Part shown: positions 7,942 to 17,655 of the stretch, in pieces
Position numbering within the stretch: position 1 is the stretch's first letter
Layout: the number at the start of each line of letters is the position of its first letter
Virus record (IMG/VR): IMGVR_UViG_3300046559_001153
Coordinates: 124,001 to 188,000 of that record
DNA length: 64,000 nucleotides
Reading direction: 5' to 3' (one strand)
Notes under the pieces: generated by a model
Told to the model about the DNA's origin: nothing
The model's input: the letters and a program-made list of their open reading frames with translations, nothing else
Database searches by the model: none
Made by a program: the position numbers and the translations under genes

Positions 7942-8163
7942 ATGGCACGAGAATGGGCGGATGACAAGCATGGGGCGGAACGGATTCCGCCTTCTTGCTT
8001 GACTGAGGTGAAACGACGGGCACTGGCTCACGATTGGAAATCAGCGGCCGAATTGCTGGATCAACTGTGTACTCACAGTCGTTTGAAGAGTTTTGAAGCG
8101 TACCATCTGGCCACACATCTCTACAATGAAATCGAGAAGGAACGATCATGCAAGTCGTCGTAG
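7942..8163 (+). CDS. Hypothetical protein
   Basis: 73 aa with an AAAGGGG RBS. Confidence 0.55.
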   Translation: MAREWADDKHGAERIPPSCLTEVKRRALAHDWKSAAELLDQLCTHSRLKSFEAYHLATHLYNEIEKERSCKSS

Positions 8164-8573
8164 CGGGAATCATTTTGTCGAAGGATCGCAAGCGGATTCT
8201 CCTCACTCAGCGGGAGGGGCCCGATTACGCGTTCTGCTGGTGTCATCCGGGCGGGAAGATGGAACTGACTGATTCCGACCCGGCGGCCGCCCTGGTTCGT
8301 GAGCTGCGGGAAGAGATCGGTGTCTGGTATCAGCCGCCAACAGAGATTTTTGACGTGCAGTTGTTCGGACCGCCGAGCTGTAAAGAGGAAGTCGAGCTGC
8401 GTACGTACATCATGTCGCACGAGATGCAGGGAACTGGGCCCATCCTGCCGCTCGACGGAACGCTCGGTCTGGGCTGGTTTACTCCGGCAGAGATCTACGG
8501 ACTGACGGTGACACCCGGGCTGTCTAATCTGCGGGAGAAACTGCGTCACACATTCCAGAGGACAGATATATGA
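8148..8573 (+). CDS. Nudix hydrolase (MutT-like)
   Basis: Nudix box PGGKMELTDSDPAAALVRELREEIG. Confidence 0.9.
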   Translation: MQVVVAGIILSKDRKRILLTQREGPDYAFCWCHPGGKMELTDSDPAAALVRELREEIGVWYQPPTEIFDVQLFGPPSCKEEVELRTYIMSHEMQGTGPILPLDGTLGLGWFTPAEIYGLTVTPGLSNLREKLRHTFQRTDI

Positions 8574-8888
8574 CCGATCAGGATGTGATCGACGGCGGTA
8601 TCGATCTGGGGGTTCACGATGGCAAGCACTGGGTGGAGATCCCCAGTGCTTTGTTCGTTGATTGGGCGGAGAAGACGGGGAAACTGGTGGCGCCTGTCTG
8701 ACAGTACCACTGGAATACATGGTCCTCAGTCTGGGGTCTCAGCGAGTGGTACTTCGAGGACTTGAGCTACCGGCATCCGTCCGAGTTTACTGGTGAGTCG
8801 CGGCGGCTGTCTTATCTGGATCAGGACGGCGACAACCCGACGGATCCGCGGGAACAGATTCAAACGACCATTTTGTCGAGGAGATTAG

Positions 8889-9131
8889 ATGATCAAGAGA
8901 CATTGTAATATCTGTGACCGGGTGATTAGGGATGATGGCCAGGGGTTCCCAGTTCATTACAACGAATTTCGAATCGTGGCGGTTGCCAAAGGCCGTGACG
9001 GAGACATTCAGGACATCTGCGAAGCTTGTATTCGTCTGGTTGTGCAAACTGGTGTTTTTCCCAAGAAAGGTAGATTGATCAATGACGAGCCTCTCGCGAG
9101 CGAAATCGAAGAAGAGGAAGAAGACAGCTAG
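8889..9131 (+). CDS. Hypothetical protein (CxxC motifs, acidic tail)
   Basis: 80 aa with a GAGGAG RBS; CNIC and CEAC motifs. Confidence 0.65.
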   Translation: MIKRHCNICDRVIRDDGQGFPVHYNEFRIVAVAKGRDGDIQDICEACIRLVVQTGVFPKKGRLINDEPLASEIEEEEEDS

Positions 9132-9534
9132 GCCTCAATTCAAATCGCCGGTGAAGATTCTGATTGCGGCGAGAGATTTGTTGCAACGGAAACGGTGGAT
9201 TCGCGGTGCGCATATGAGTGTGCGTAGAGGCAAGCACGTAACGAGGGAGGCCGTTTTTGCAGAACTGATCGAGTGTTCGGACAGGCGGCTTGTCGGTCTG
9301 TGCGCTTCGGGGGCTATTACTCGCGTATCCGGTTCGTTGATTGGGCGAGCAGTGGCCAGAGCTTATATTGACGAAATTTTGCAAAAGCATCGACGGTTTA
9401 TATCGCTGATCGACTTTAACGACAAGGTCGCCAAAGGAAAGGAGGACATTCTTCGCCTATTTAACGAGGCGATTGTTCTGGCGAAGGAATCGCGGAGAAA
9501 GTCACCGAAAGATTCGGGGAAGCCCAATGCATAG
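9082..9534 (+). CDS. DUF6197-like phage protein, paralog 2 (start uncertain)
   Basis: LIAARDLL..KRWIRG...LCASGAI...FND motifs. Confidence 0.6.
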   Translation: MTSLSRAKSKKRKKTARPQFKSPVKILIAARDLLQRKRWIRGAHMSVRRGKHVTREAVFAELIECSDRRLVGLCASGAITRVSGSLIGRAVARAYIDEILQKHRRFISLIDFNDKVAKGKEDILRLFNEAIVLAKESRRKSPKDSGKPNA

Positions 9535-10066
9535 TAGAGATCCGATCCTGTCGCACGAGCGAGAGCTCAAGCTGCGAGACAACAATCTTCGCAGACTGAA
9601 ACACGAGATGGCCATCGTGAAAAGCCATTACCGCAAAGCGGCTGAGATCCTGTTCGATTTTACGGATGTTCTGTCCGAGGCGGCTGACACGCTGCGGCAG
9701 GCCATTTCATCCAGAGGGGTTGATTCGACCTTGGCTTATACGACTGCTAGGCAGTGCGACAGGGTGATTGCCAAGCACATGGAGCGAATCTCTGAAATCA
9801 ATGCCCATGTGACAACGTCGTTCGATGAGCTCACAGCCAAGCTGGATGAGGCCAAAGACCGAGCCAGGCAGGCTGAAAAGTTGAGCGGGGTGATTGAGAC
9901 GTGGCGGACCAAGCTGGCAGAATGGCAATTGTCAGTCGAGGACGGGGCGTTTAAGCTGGTGCATTTCCGTTACCAGACAATAGTCAGTAACTCGCTCGCA
10001 GAGGCTGTCGAGCTGGCTCTAAGCGTACAGGAGAAGGCCGATGATTGTCAGCCTCAAGGAACCTAA
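9527..10066 (+). CDS. Coiled-coil hypothetical protein
   Basis: Start at ATG 9527, overlapping the upstream gene. Confidence 0.65.
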   Translation: MHSRDPILSHERELKLRDNNLRRLKHEMAIVKSHYRKAAEILFDFTDVLSEAADTLRQAISSRGVDSTLAYTTARQCDRVIAKHMERISEINAHVTTSFDELTAKLDEAKDRARQAEKLSGVIETWRTKLAEWQLSVEDGAFKLVHFRYQTIVSNSLAEAVELALSVQEKADDCQPQGT

Positions 10067-10385
10067 GCCACTCACTAACGAGCAGCATTCAAAGTACATG
10101 CAGAACGTCTGCGACACGGTTGAGTTCTATCTGCCGGACATGGCAGACTCGGTCAAAGAGATCGCCGCGGAAGGTAAACACGCGATGTTTATTGACGCGT
10201 CACAACAGTGGGATCCGGCTAAGGACTCGTGCACGCTCCTTGGCATGCTGTTGCAGTACGGGAGATCGAAAGGCGTTGATATTTGTATCACTCAAAATTT
10301 TGACGAAGTAAAGGAGCGGTACTATGCCCGACTCGAAGAAATGCAAGCTGAAGAAGAAGCCGAGGAAGAGGACGCCGAAGCCTAA
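10041..10385 (+). CDS. Hypothetical protein
   Basis: 114 aa with a GGAGAAGG RBS. Confidence 0.65.
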   Translation: MIVSLKEPKPLTNEQHSKYMQNVCDTVEFYLPDMADSVKEIAAEGKHAMFIDASQQWDPAKDSCTLLGMLLQYGRSKGVDICITQNFDEVKERYYARLEEMQAEEEAEEEDAEA

Positions 10386-10617
10386 GTACCCGCCGGCGTT
10401 CTTGAAGCTGACAAAGGAGTGGAAGGAGTCCATTCTGATGCTGGTGAATAATTACATGTTCTTGGCGGATGCCAGAGCGAAAGAAGCATCGATGAATTTC
10501 TCGCGGGACGCGGGCAATCCGGAGGCCCACAAGGAATCATTCAAGCGCACAATTCAGTATGACACGGCGAAGGATATCGCCAGGATGATCAACAACCGTT
10601 TGGAGAATCTACCATGA
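10324..10617 (+). CDS. Hypothetical protein (start uncertain)
   Basis: Stop coupled to the next start (ATGA). Confidence 0.5.
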   Translation: MPDSKKCKLKKKPRKRTPKPKYPPAFLKLTKEWKESILMLVNNYMFLADARAKEASMNFSRDAGNPEAHKESFKRTIQYDTAKDIARMINNRLENLP

Positions 10618-10955
10618 CCATCCGTGATGTCGTGGTTGGGGCACTGGATTTGATTCGGCAGGGTTGGTGCCAACGCCGCTCGTGCTGTGAGAGAGACGGA
10701 CGCACATGTTATTGTGTGACGTACGCTATTGTAATGTCGGCGGCACAAGCAGCTGACGAGTCGAGTTATCCGGATTTGGTCGCTGGGGCAATTGCTGCGG
10801 TCAGACGTCTCTTGCCGTCATTGTCCGCAGGCTACGGAGTAGCTCACTGGAATGACGCTGCCGGCCGGACACAGCAGGAAGTGATCGACAAGTTGGACGA
10901 AGTTATCAATTCTTTACCCGAGGAAGCCAGTGAAAACACAGCTGTACGTGCCTGA
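10614..10955 (+). CDS. DUF6197-like phage protein, paralog 3
   Basis: ALDLIRQGWCQ...YCVTYAI...HWNDAAGRTQQEVI. Confidence 0.7.
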   Translation: MTIRDVVVGALDLIRQGWCQRRSCCERDGRTCYCVTYAIVMSAAQAADESSYPDLVAGAIAAVRRLLPSLSAGYGVAHWNDAAGRTQQEVIDKLDEVINSLPEEASENTAVRA

Positions 10956-12051
10956 TCGACTCAAGGTCGGGTTCAACAAACGTGAAGACACGTACACCGG
11001 GCAACTGGCGTACGTGATCTTCTTTGACCATTCCGGCAAATTACAAAAGGAGAAATCCTGGGAGGGCTGGCGAGACAAGACGATCGAGCCGGTCGAGTAC
11101 GACAACAAGCCCCGGCATGGCTTTGTGCTCAACAGACAGGTGGGCGGCGCCAAGCAGTCTTGGGGCCACAACGTGAGGATTGAGAAAGTCCGCGTGTATG
11201 ACCCGCGTGGCTTCGAAATTGAGATCACAGTTCCCAATTTGCTGTTCTTGCTGCAAGAATCCGACTGTAGCCGCGGCAAGGGATTGGAAGCTGAGTGTGT
11301 GTACGCCTGGAACAAGCAAAGCCTGATATTATTGCCTGTCGCATCCAAGGAGTACAAGGAGTGCGTTAGTTTTACCAAGCTGCAGGCTCAACGTGTGCAT
11401 GTTAAGGATCTCATTCCCGGTGCCACGTACCTGACGTACCAAGAGGTGTCGCTGATCTATATCGGCCGATTTGACTACTATCAGGGGCTGTGGAGAAATC
11501 GAAACGGCAGTACATCCGGGCCGTTCAAACAGAAATTGTTCGTGTTCTACAACGCGAAAGCAGAGTCGGAGTACCAACGCTGGTTGTACTTGAAGAATGT
11601 CAAGAAGTTGGCCACATTGGAAACGGCCGTCGTTGCTTCGAATTACGCCGAATTGGTCGACGAGTACAACAAGTCGGTACACGGAAGCCCGCCAAAACGG
11701 TTGTTCTTGAAGCCCACGGCTGATCCCAAAAATCAGAACTGGTTTGTTGAAAGACCAGACGGTCGATTTCTGCGTTGTGGTTCACGAGGAACTCACATTC
11801 AACCAACGATCATTACGCACGAAGAGGCGTACGGTCACCTGTGGTTGAATGTGCACTCCGGCGCGCTGATGAAAGACACCTACTCGGCGGTGGCGATAAA
11901 ACCTGGGGGCCGGGCGGGATATGACCATTGGTCGCTTGGCCACCGAGATATGATGGAGTGGATTGAGCCGACCGGTCAAACATTGTGGGTGGAACTGGCC
12001 AGCGGAGCCCAGTTCGACGTTAATTATTACCCGTTTAGGAGTCACTACTAA
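10930..12051 (+). CDS. Conserved large-phage hypothetical protein
   Basis: 373 aa. The N-terminus KVGF..REDTYTG.LAYV...KEKSWEGWRD is recalled from large phages. Confidence 0.75.
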   Translation: MKTQLYVPDRLKVGFNKREDTYTGQLAYVIFFDHSGKLQKEKSWEGWRDKTIEPVEYDNKPRHGFVLNRQVGGAKQSWGHNVRIEKVRVYDPRGFEIEITVPNLLFLLQESDCSRGKGLEAECVYAWNKQSLILLPVASKEYKECVSFTKLQAQRVHVKDLIPGATYLTYQEVSLIYIGRFDYYQGLWRNRNGSTSGPFKQKLFVFYNAKAESEYQRWLYLKNVKKLATLETAVVASNYAELVDEYNKSVHGSPPKRLFLKPTADPKNQNWFVERPDGRFLRCGSRGTHIQPTIITHEEAYGHLWLNVHSGALMKDTYSAVAIKPGGRAGYDHWSLGHRDMMEWIEPTGQTLWVELASGAQFDVNYYPFRSHY

Positions 12052-12494
12052 TGGCGAAAGCCGCAGACAAACAGACGATGGAGCTGATCGAGAAGGTCCA
12101 GGCCAAGAAGGCTGAGATTCGCAAAATCGAGCGGCCGGTTTGGAAGACCAATTGTTCATTTCCATTTATCGACGGTCAACAGAACACGGCTGTGAATGTT
12201 CATGTACTGTGCGACGTGTCTAAGCTGGTGACCATCGGCGCATTCCTGATCGACAGGTCTCAGTCATTCTTCAACGCGGCCAGACGCCTGGGCGTCGATC
12301 CGTGCCCGGCATTCGTGTGGAACGGGTTCAGCGTGGAAGACTGGTTCCAGGATTTGTCGCTACGGATTGATCAGATCCAGCTGACAGCTAAAAAGGAGGC
12401 TCTCGATAAGCTGGAAGCTCGTCTTAACGCGATCATCAGTCCCGAGCTGAAGCAGAAGATGGAATTGGATGCCATCGCAGCTGAGGTGGGCTGA
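12051..12494 (+). CDS. Conserved phage hypothetical protein (KTNCSF), likely partner of the upstream gene
   Basis: 147 aa, TAATG-coupled. Confidence 0.7.
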   Translation: MAKAADKQTMELIEKVQAKKAEIRKIERPVWKTNCSFPFIDGQQNTAVNVHVLCDVSKLVTIGAFLIDRSQSFFNAARRLGVDPCPAFVWNGFSVEDWFQDLSLRIDQIQLTAKKEALDKLEARLNAIISPELKQKMELDAIAAEVG

Positions 12495-12510
12495 TCTCAG
12501 GAGAACACAA

Positions 12511-12834
12511 ATGCTTGAACTCGCAGAAGATGGCCGGACCTGCGTAGGTTCCGGCTATTGTTGTAAACAGCGTCCCTGTCCGTTCGGTGCTGTAACCAGC
12601 CCGACTAACCTGTCTTGCAAATTCCTCGTACAGATCGAGCAGTTCGATGAGCACCATCCTCGTTACACGTGCGGAATCTACGAACAAATTGTCCAGAGTC
12701 CCGACTGGAAAACCGCTCCAGCCTTTGGAGCGGGATGTTGCAGTCCTATCGGCAATACAGATCGTCGAAGGATTCTCTGGGAACTCGCCAGCCGCGACAG
12801 TGGTCCTTCTGCTGCTACGCTCCATCATCAGTGA
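12511..12834 (+). CDS. Cys-rich putative Fe-S/metal-binding protein (YkgJ-like)
   Basis: CVGSGYCC...PC...C...CGIY...CC, after an AGGAG RBS. Confidence 0.6.
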   Translation: MLELAEDGRTCVGSGYCCKQRPCPFGAVTSPTNLSCKFLVQIEQFDEHHPRYTCGIYEQIVQSPDWKTAPAFGAGCCSPIGNTDRRRILWELASRDSGPSAATLHHQ

Positions 12835-12993
12835 AGTGCATAGCGGTGACTCCAAATATCTGGCTATTGCCAGGACATGTGACGCATGCAAAGCTTTGGG
12901 CATTGACCCCGAGTTTACTGACATGGTGATCGACAAGCTGATGCAGTTTGCAACAGACGGTACTCGCAACCCCTGGCCGAAGGATTTCTTCGC

Positions 12994-13380
12994 ATGACGC
13001 CATTTCCAGATAAAATCGTGGACGCAGTTGGTGATGTCCTGGAACGTAGAGAGCAGCGGCGTCGATTGCAGCAGCACAAACGAGGCTGCCTGGTGTTCTC
13101 TGCTCTGTGCGTTCTGTTTTCATTAACTGCTGGTTGGTTTGACCATTGGACGATGGTTGTATGTAATTTCTTCTTTACGATAATCTTTTCCGTGCTCTGG
13201 TGTCTTTGCCAGGAGCTCGATCAGATCATCTACCGAGAATGCCGGATGCCCCCGGCGGATATAGCCAACCACCTGCGTGCGGAGTACTGGCGTCGTGAAC
13301 CGCGGCAGGATGTCGCTGTGAGCCAGGGTTCGCTTGTTGAATTTCCTCGATTGTCTCTACCGGGCGAGGAAGAAGAATGA
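12994..13380 (+). CDS. Membrane protein (2 TM)
   Basis: Two hydrophobic segments; ATGA-coupled. Confidence 0.65.
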   Translation: MTPFPDKIVDAVGDVLERREQRRRLQQHKRGCLVFSALCVLFSLTAGWFDHWTMVVCNFFFTIIFSVLWCLCQELDQIIYRECRMPPADIANHLRAEYWRREPRQDVAVSQGSLVEFPRLSLPGEEEE

Positions 13381-13805
13381 CCGGCACCTCAGCTTTAGAC
13401 GGATGGTTTGCCAGCTTCAACGGTGCAGAGATCATTCTTTTCACTCACGAGGGGGCGAAGAGGATGTTTTGCCTGGCAGCACTGCTGAAGGCCCTGTACG
13501 TCCCGGGCCGAACGCTTCAGGAGCACTACCAGAGGCCCGACGATATTGAGCTGATCGCCGGGCTATTCTTTGATGGTGAAGTGATCGGCGCGGGTGTGCT
13601 ATTGAAGGAGAAGTCGAAAACCAACTTGAGCGTTTACGTTACGCCCGAGCATCGACGGAAAGGCTACGGGACCAAGTTGGTGCAGATGATTCGAGGAGTA
13701 GCTGGCAGGCCCTTGTACGTTTCAATAATCGGTCTGACGGGCCAGGCTTTCTGGGACAACGCTAATTCTACGTTGGGAGGGGAACATGAATTCACAAGAG
13801 TTTGA
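13377..13805 (+). CDS. GNAT-family acetyltransferase
   Basis: Acetyl-CoA motif A: LSVYVTPEHRRKGYGTKLV. Confidence 0.8.
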   Translation: MTGTSALDGWFASFNGAEIILFTHEGAKRMFCLAALLKALYVPGRTLQEHYQRPDDIELIAGLFFDGEVIGAGVLLKEKSKTNLSVYVTPEHRRKGYGTKLVQMIRGVAGRPLYVSIIGLTGQAFWDNANSTLGGEHEFTRV

Positions 13806-14772
13806 AAAGATCACTGAAAGCTGGGAGAATCTGCCCGTTCTGGTCGTCGGTGATATCATGATCGATAACCACATTTTCTGCGGGCCGCACAAGCTGAGCC
13901 AAGAGGCGCCCGTGCAGGTCTTGAAACAGAGCCATACCAACATCCAGCCGGGCGGTGCGGCTAGTGTGGCTGTGATGTGTGCGGCCTTGGGCGCCAAGGT
14001 CAGCCTCTTCGGACGAATCTGGCGTCCTGACGACGCGCCAGAGGAAACACACGCGCTAATGGACGAGCTCGAGTGTTCTAATGTCGACACGCGTGGCGTA
14101 TTCCATGACGGATCGATGGGTGTCACGCCCACGAAAACGAGAATCTGGGCCATTCTGGACAGGTACCATCAGCAAATGCTGCGCATTGACAATGAATGCG
14201 TCAGACCGATGCGGTTGACCACGAACGAGCTGCGGGTCAAGGCTGAGCGTTGCGTGGTCTTCGAAGACGCCCATGTCATTATCATCAGCGACTACAACAA
14301 AGGATTTTGCACCCAGGCCTTGTTCAAGGCTTTGCCGCGTCAGACTGGCACGTTGGGCATTCGCTATGTCGATCCCCCGGATGACCCGCACTGGATGAAC
14401 ACTTACCGCGGTCAGGGGGAGTACTTCCCTTACTTTGTCACCAATCGTAAAAAATCATTGGGGATGACAGCGGCTGATCTGGCTCACGCGATGAATGCTT
14501 GTGTGGTCACAACACAGGGGAGTGGCGGCTGTGATTATGCGACACCCGCGACCAGTAGTCCTATGCTGCTGACTGTCCCCAGATATCCGGTCGATGTGAC
14601 AGGCTGCGGCGATCAGTTCATGGCCGTTTTCGCCATGACGCAGTATGCAAATGGATCACTTGCTGCTTGTGCTTTGGCTAACGTGGCCGCCGGGCTGCAG
14701 GCTATGTGCGTGGGTTGCATCCCGGTAACAATCCACGGTCTCACTCACGAACTTTTCCCTGGAGAGAAATGA
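13786..14772 (+). CDS. rfaE: HldE/RfaE-type PfkB sugar kinase (heptose-7-phosphate kinase domain only)
   Basis: VLVVGDIMID, PGGAASVA...ALGAKV, TPTKTRI, QQMLRID, ISDYNKG, DVTGCGD. Confidence 0.85.
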   Translation: MNSQEFEKITESWENLPVLVVGDIMIDNHIFCGPHKLSQEAPVQVLKQSHTNIQPGGAASVAVMCAALGAKVSLFGRIWRPDDAPEETHALMDELECSNVDTRGVFHDGSMGVTPTKTRIWAILDRYHQQMLRIDNECVRPMRLTTNELRVKAERCVVFEDAHVIIISDYNKGFCTQALFKALPRQTGTLGIRYVDPPDDPHWMNTYRGQGEYFPYFVTNRKKSLGMTAADLAHAMNACVVTTQGSGGCDYATPATSSPMLLTVPRYPVDVTGCGDQFMAVFAMTQYANGSLAACALANVAAGLQAMCVGCIPVTIHGLTHELFPGEK

Positions 14773-14984
14773 TGACCACGGAAGATCCACTCTGGGATAG
14801 GCGTAACCAACTGGAGACGATGCAAAACCAGCTGACTCTAATTCTTCAATCGACTGAGCACGTAACTGATACGCAGTGGGCTGAGATCGATCGAATTGTC
14901 CCGCGGCTGTATCTCGTGGCCGAGCAGGTTCAAAGAGCGGCTGACACGAAAGGCGATGGTGATGGACACCGAGATGATTCGTAA
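14769..14984 (+). CDS. Hypothetical protein
   Basis: ATGA-coupled small ORF. Confidence 0.55.
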   Translation: MMTTEDPLWDRRNQLETMQNQLTLILQSTEHVTDTQWAEIDRIVPRLYLVAEQVQRAADTKGDGDGHRDDS

Positions 14985-15408
14985 GTTTCAGTTGACTAGG
15001 CCTCCACAGTTCCAAGGCAATGAGCACAATGTCGACGCGGCACTAAATCAGCGAGTGTTGGACTGGGTGACTGATCAAACTGGTTACTTCCTGCGTCCCG
15101 GCGACCTGTGGGTTAACTTGCTGCAGGACCAGATATCGTTTAGTTATCTGACTCGCCAGGGCGAGCGGGCGATGGGTCGTTTTGCCGATTTGATTAAAGG
15201 AGGAAAAATAACACCGCTCAATCTTGATGTTTCGGAACGGCGTACGCCTATCCAACGGATGATCACCCGCATCGAGACGCAGTTAGACCTGTTGGAAATG
15301 ACTCCCCCGGAGACGCTCGATCGTTGGCACGGTGAGGCGGTTAAGCTGGCCAATAAAACACTACTTGAAAACATGTTGTCAGCCGCTAAGGCCTGGGATC
15401 AACAGTGA
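14956..15408 (+). CDS. Hypothetical protein
   Basis: AAAGG RBS before ATG 14956; GTGA-coupled to the next gene. Confidence 0.6.
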   Translation: MVMDTEMIRKFQLTRPPQFQGNEHNVDAALNQRVLDWVTDQTGYFLRPGDLWVNLLQDQISFSYLTRQGERAMGRFADLIKGGKITPLNLDVSERRTPIQRMITRIETQLDLLEMTPPETLDRWHGEAVKLANKTLLENMLSAAKAWDQQ

Positions 15409-16070
15409 GTGAAACTCAGCTGGTTCTGTTTGACTGGCCGCCACCCCGCAAAGAAGTCCACCTCGAGCTGTTTCCGCCAACGCACGAAGGCGTTAATTCG
15501 AAGCGAAAGACGTGCGTCGATGAGCGTATCTACGCTGACGAATGGAAGCGGTTGAACAAGCCAGCACGGGAAGACCACTACACGTTACTGGAGCGTATTC
15601 TGACGCCTGAGAATGCAGCCTATGTGTCGTATATCTCAGATCGAGACTCGATCGTAGCTGCAACGGTTGTTCAGTATATGGCTACGCATTGGGGTAGTAA
15701 CTTCCTGCATGAATGCGAACAGAAGATTGCAGAAGCCAAAGAGATTCGCAAACCGTTCCAGCATCGCGATCTGTTCTACGGTCGCGTGTGCCAAGAACCA
15801 TACACGACTATCGCCAAGCAAATTAAGGAGATTGTTTCCGCTCATCTTACGCCGGACAGCTATGAGTGCGGACAGTTGCAGAATGAAATTCTGAATTTTG
15901 TCGTGTCGATCCTGTGCCGTGGCTTCCCGCCAACCGTGACAAAGGCAACGAAGAGCCGGCGTGGGAGAATCATCATCCGCGACGAGACGCCGCCGCCCGA
16001 TCCGACAGTGATGACTGACGTTCAAACTGCGATAGACACGATTAACCAAGAATTGGAGGAGAAGTGGTAA
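15405..16070 (+). CDS. Hypothetical protein
   Basis: 221-aa ORF. Confidence 0.7.
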   Translation: MSETQLVLFDWPPPRKEVHLELFPPTHEGVNSKRKTCVDERIYADEWKRLNKPAREDHYTLLERILTPENAAYVSYISDRDSIVAATVVQYMATHWGSNFLHECEQKIAEAKEIRKPFQHRDLFYGRVCQEPYTTIAKQIKEIVSAHLTPDSYECGQLQNEILNFVVSILCRGFPPTVTKATKSRRGRIIIRDETPPPDPTVMTDVQTAIDTINQELEEKW

Positions 16071-16258
16071 AAGTCAAAAAGGACAAGGCAAAGGCGAAGC
16101 ATGCTTTTAGCCTGCCATACCCGGCTGTGGGCGAGCTTGTTTGGGCTCAGCTAGTCGGGTCGCGGCGTGTTCAGGGGACTCTGGTCCGACGAACGAAGAA
16201 ACTGATCGTTATCCATCCCGAGGGTGGGGTGGACATCTCTATCGAGAAGCCTGCGTGA
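16064..16258 (+). CDS. Small basic hypothetical protein
   Basis: 64 aa with a GGAGGAG RBS. Confidence 0.55.
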   Translation: MVKVKKDKAKAKHAFSLPYPAVGELVWAQLVGSRRVQGTLVRRTKKLIVIHPEGGVDISIEKPA

Positions 16259-16451
16259 ATCCAATCTCCGCCGACCAGGATCCAACTGGTCTTGTGGCTG
16301 CAGTACGTGGCGTGTCGCTACCAATAGCGTCCGGATACAACTCGTAGCGGGGAGTTCGTGGGTGCAAAGACTCCGCCCACGCCGTGAGAGCAATGTCATG
16401 ATGGAAAGCCGGAACTGCAGTCTTCTTTTAAGGACAAACTAAGTGAATTCA

Positions 16452-17291
16452 ATGTTGAAGAGTTTTGGTGGAAAACATTATCTGGCTGACCAGATTAACC
16501 AACTGCGGCCGCCGTCAGATGATTACGACCATTACGTCGAGACGCACTTCGCGACGGGTGCTGTGCTGTTTGCCGCGGATCCTGATTTATATCTCGAGAA
16601 GAGTGAGATCATCAACGACATCGACGGGGACGTCGTCAATTTCTGGCGAACCCTACAGGACGAGAAGGCTTTTGCCGAGTTCAAGCGGTTGGCCGAAGCG
16701 GCACCGGTTAGTGAGGCTCTCTGGAAGTACTCCCGCGTGGTTCGACCTATACTCGCCGTCCCGGATGCCAGGTTGGCCTTCCAGTTCTTCGTTGGCTGCC
16801 GCCAATCGCGGGAAGGCAAGATGCAGGCCTTCACCACGCTCACCAAGAGCCGCACACGTCGAGGGATGAACGAACAGGTGTCAGCGTGGCTGACAGCTGT
16901 AGACGGGCTCCCAGAGGTCCACACGCGTCTTAAACGGGTGCTCATTCTGGAAGCCCAGGATGCCTGCCCGGTTATAAAGCGGCAGGATACCCCAAGGACC
17001 CTATTTTACTGCGATCCGCCCTACTTCCACGCCACGCGGGTGTCCAAGGCCGTCTACCGATTCGAGATGACCGGGGAGCAGCACGTCGGGCTGCTGAATA
17101 CGCTGACTGGTATCAAGGGCAAGTTCATCTTGTCTGGCTACCAAAGCGATCTCTATGACAATTGGGCCCGCAAGAACGGCTTTTTTCGTTACGAGATCAA
17201 GATCGATTGCAAGGCCAGCGCGAAGAAGGAGAAGCCTCAGCGTGTCGAGTGTCTGTACATGAACTACGAACCACCAGTGGATACGAAATGA
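16452..17291 (+). CDS. dam: D12-class N6-adenine DNA methyltransferase (Dam family)
   Basis: KSFGGKHYLA, YVETHFATGAV (degenerate motif I), EIINDID and catalytic FYCDPPY. Confidence 0.88.
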   Translation: MLKSFGGKHYLADQINQLRPPSDDYDHYVETHFATGAVLFAADPDLYLEKSEIINDIDGDVVNFWRTLQDEKAFAEFKRLAEAAPVSEALWKYSRVVRPILAVPDARLAFQFFVGCRQSREGKMQAFTTLTKSRTRRGMNEQVSAWLTAVDGLPEVHTRLKRVLILEAQDACPVIKRQDTPRTLFYCDPPYFHATRVSKAVYRFEMTGEQHVGLLNTLTGIKGKFILSGYQSDLYDNWARKNGFFRYEIKIDCKASAKKEKPQRVECLYMNYEPPVDTK

Positions 17292-17551
17292 CTAAAGCCG
17301 AGGATAAAGCGGCTGAGCTCAAGCCGAGGAAACGTTTACAGTTGATTCGCTCTGTCTACATGACGGTCCTCAACCAGACCGAATCGTTCGAGCCCGATGA
17401 TGTTGGTGTTCAGTTGGCTTACCTGCTCGGGGCCATCGCCATGAACAGTTGTGTAGAGTTGACACGAGGTGAGCCGATTCACAATATCCTCGATCGACGG
17501 TTCCACAGAAAGCATTTGATCTGGGCGTTTATCACGTTCGACGACACCTGA
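17288..17551 (+). CDS. Hypothetical protein
   Basis: ATGA-coupled to dam. Confidence 0.6.
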   Translation: MTKAEDKAAELKPRKRLQLIRSVYMTVLNQTESFEPDDVGVQLAYLLGAIAMNSCVELTRGEPIHNILDRRFHRKHLIWAFITFDDT

Positions 17552-17655
17552 ATTTCTTCGTTTCTCGCGGCATGTATATTGGTAACGAGAGCGCTGTTTT
17601 GGCTATAGCCGAATCAGTGCTCTCATTGTTTACACTTGCTGCAAAGGAACAGATC

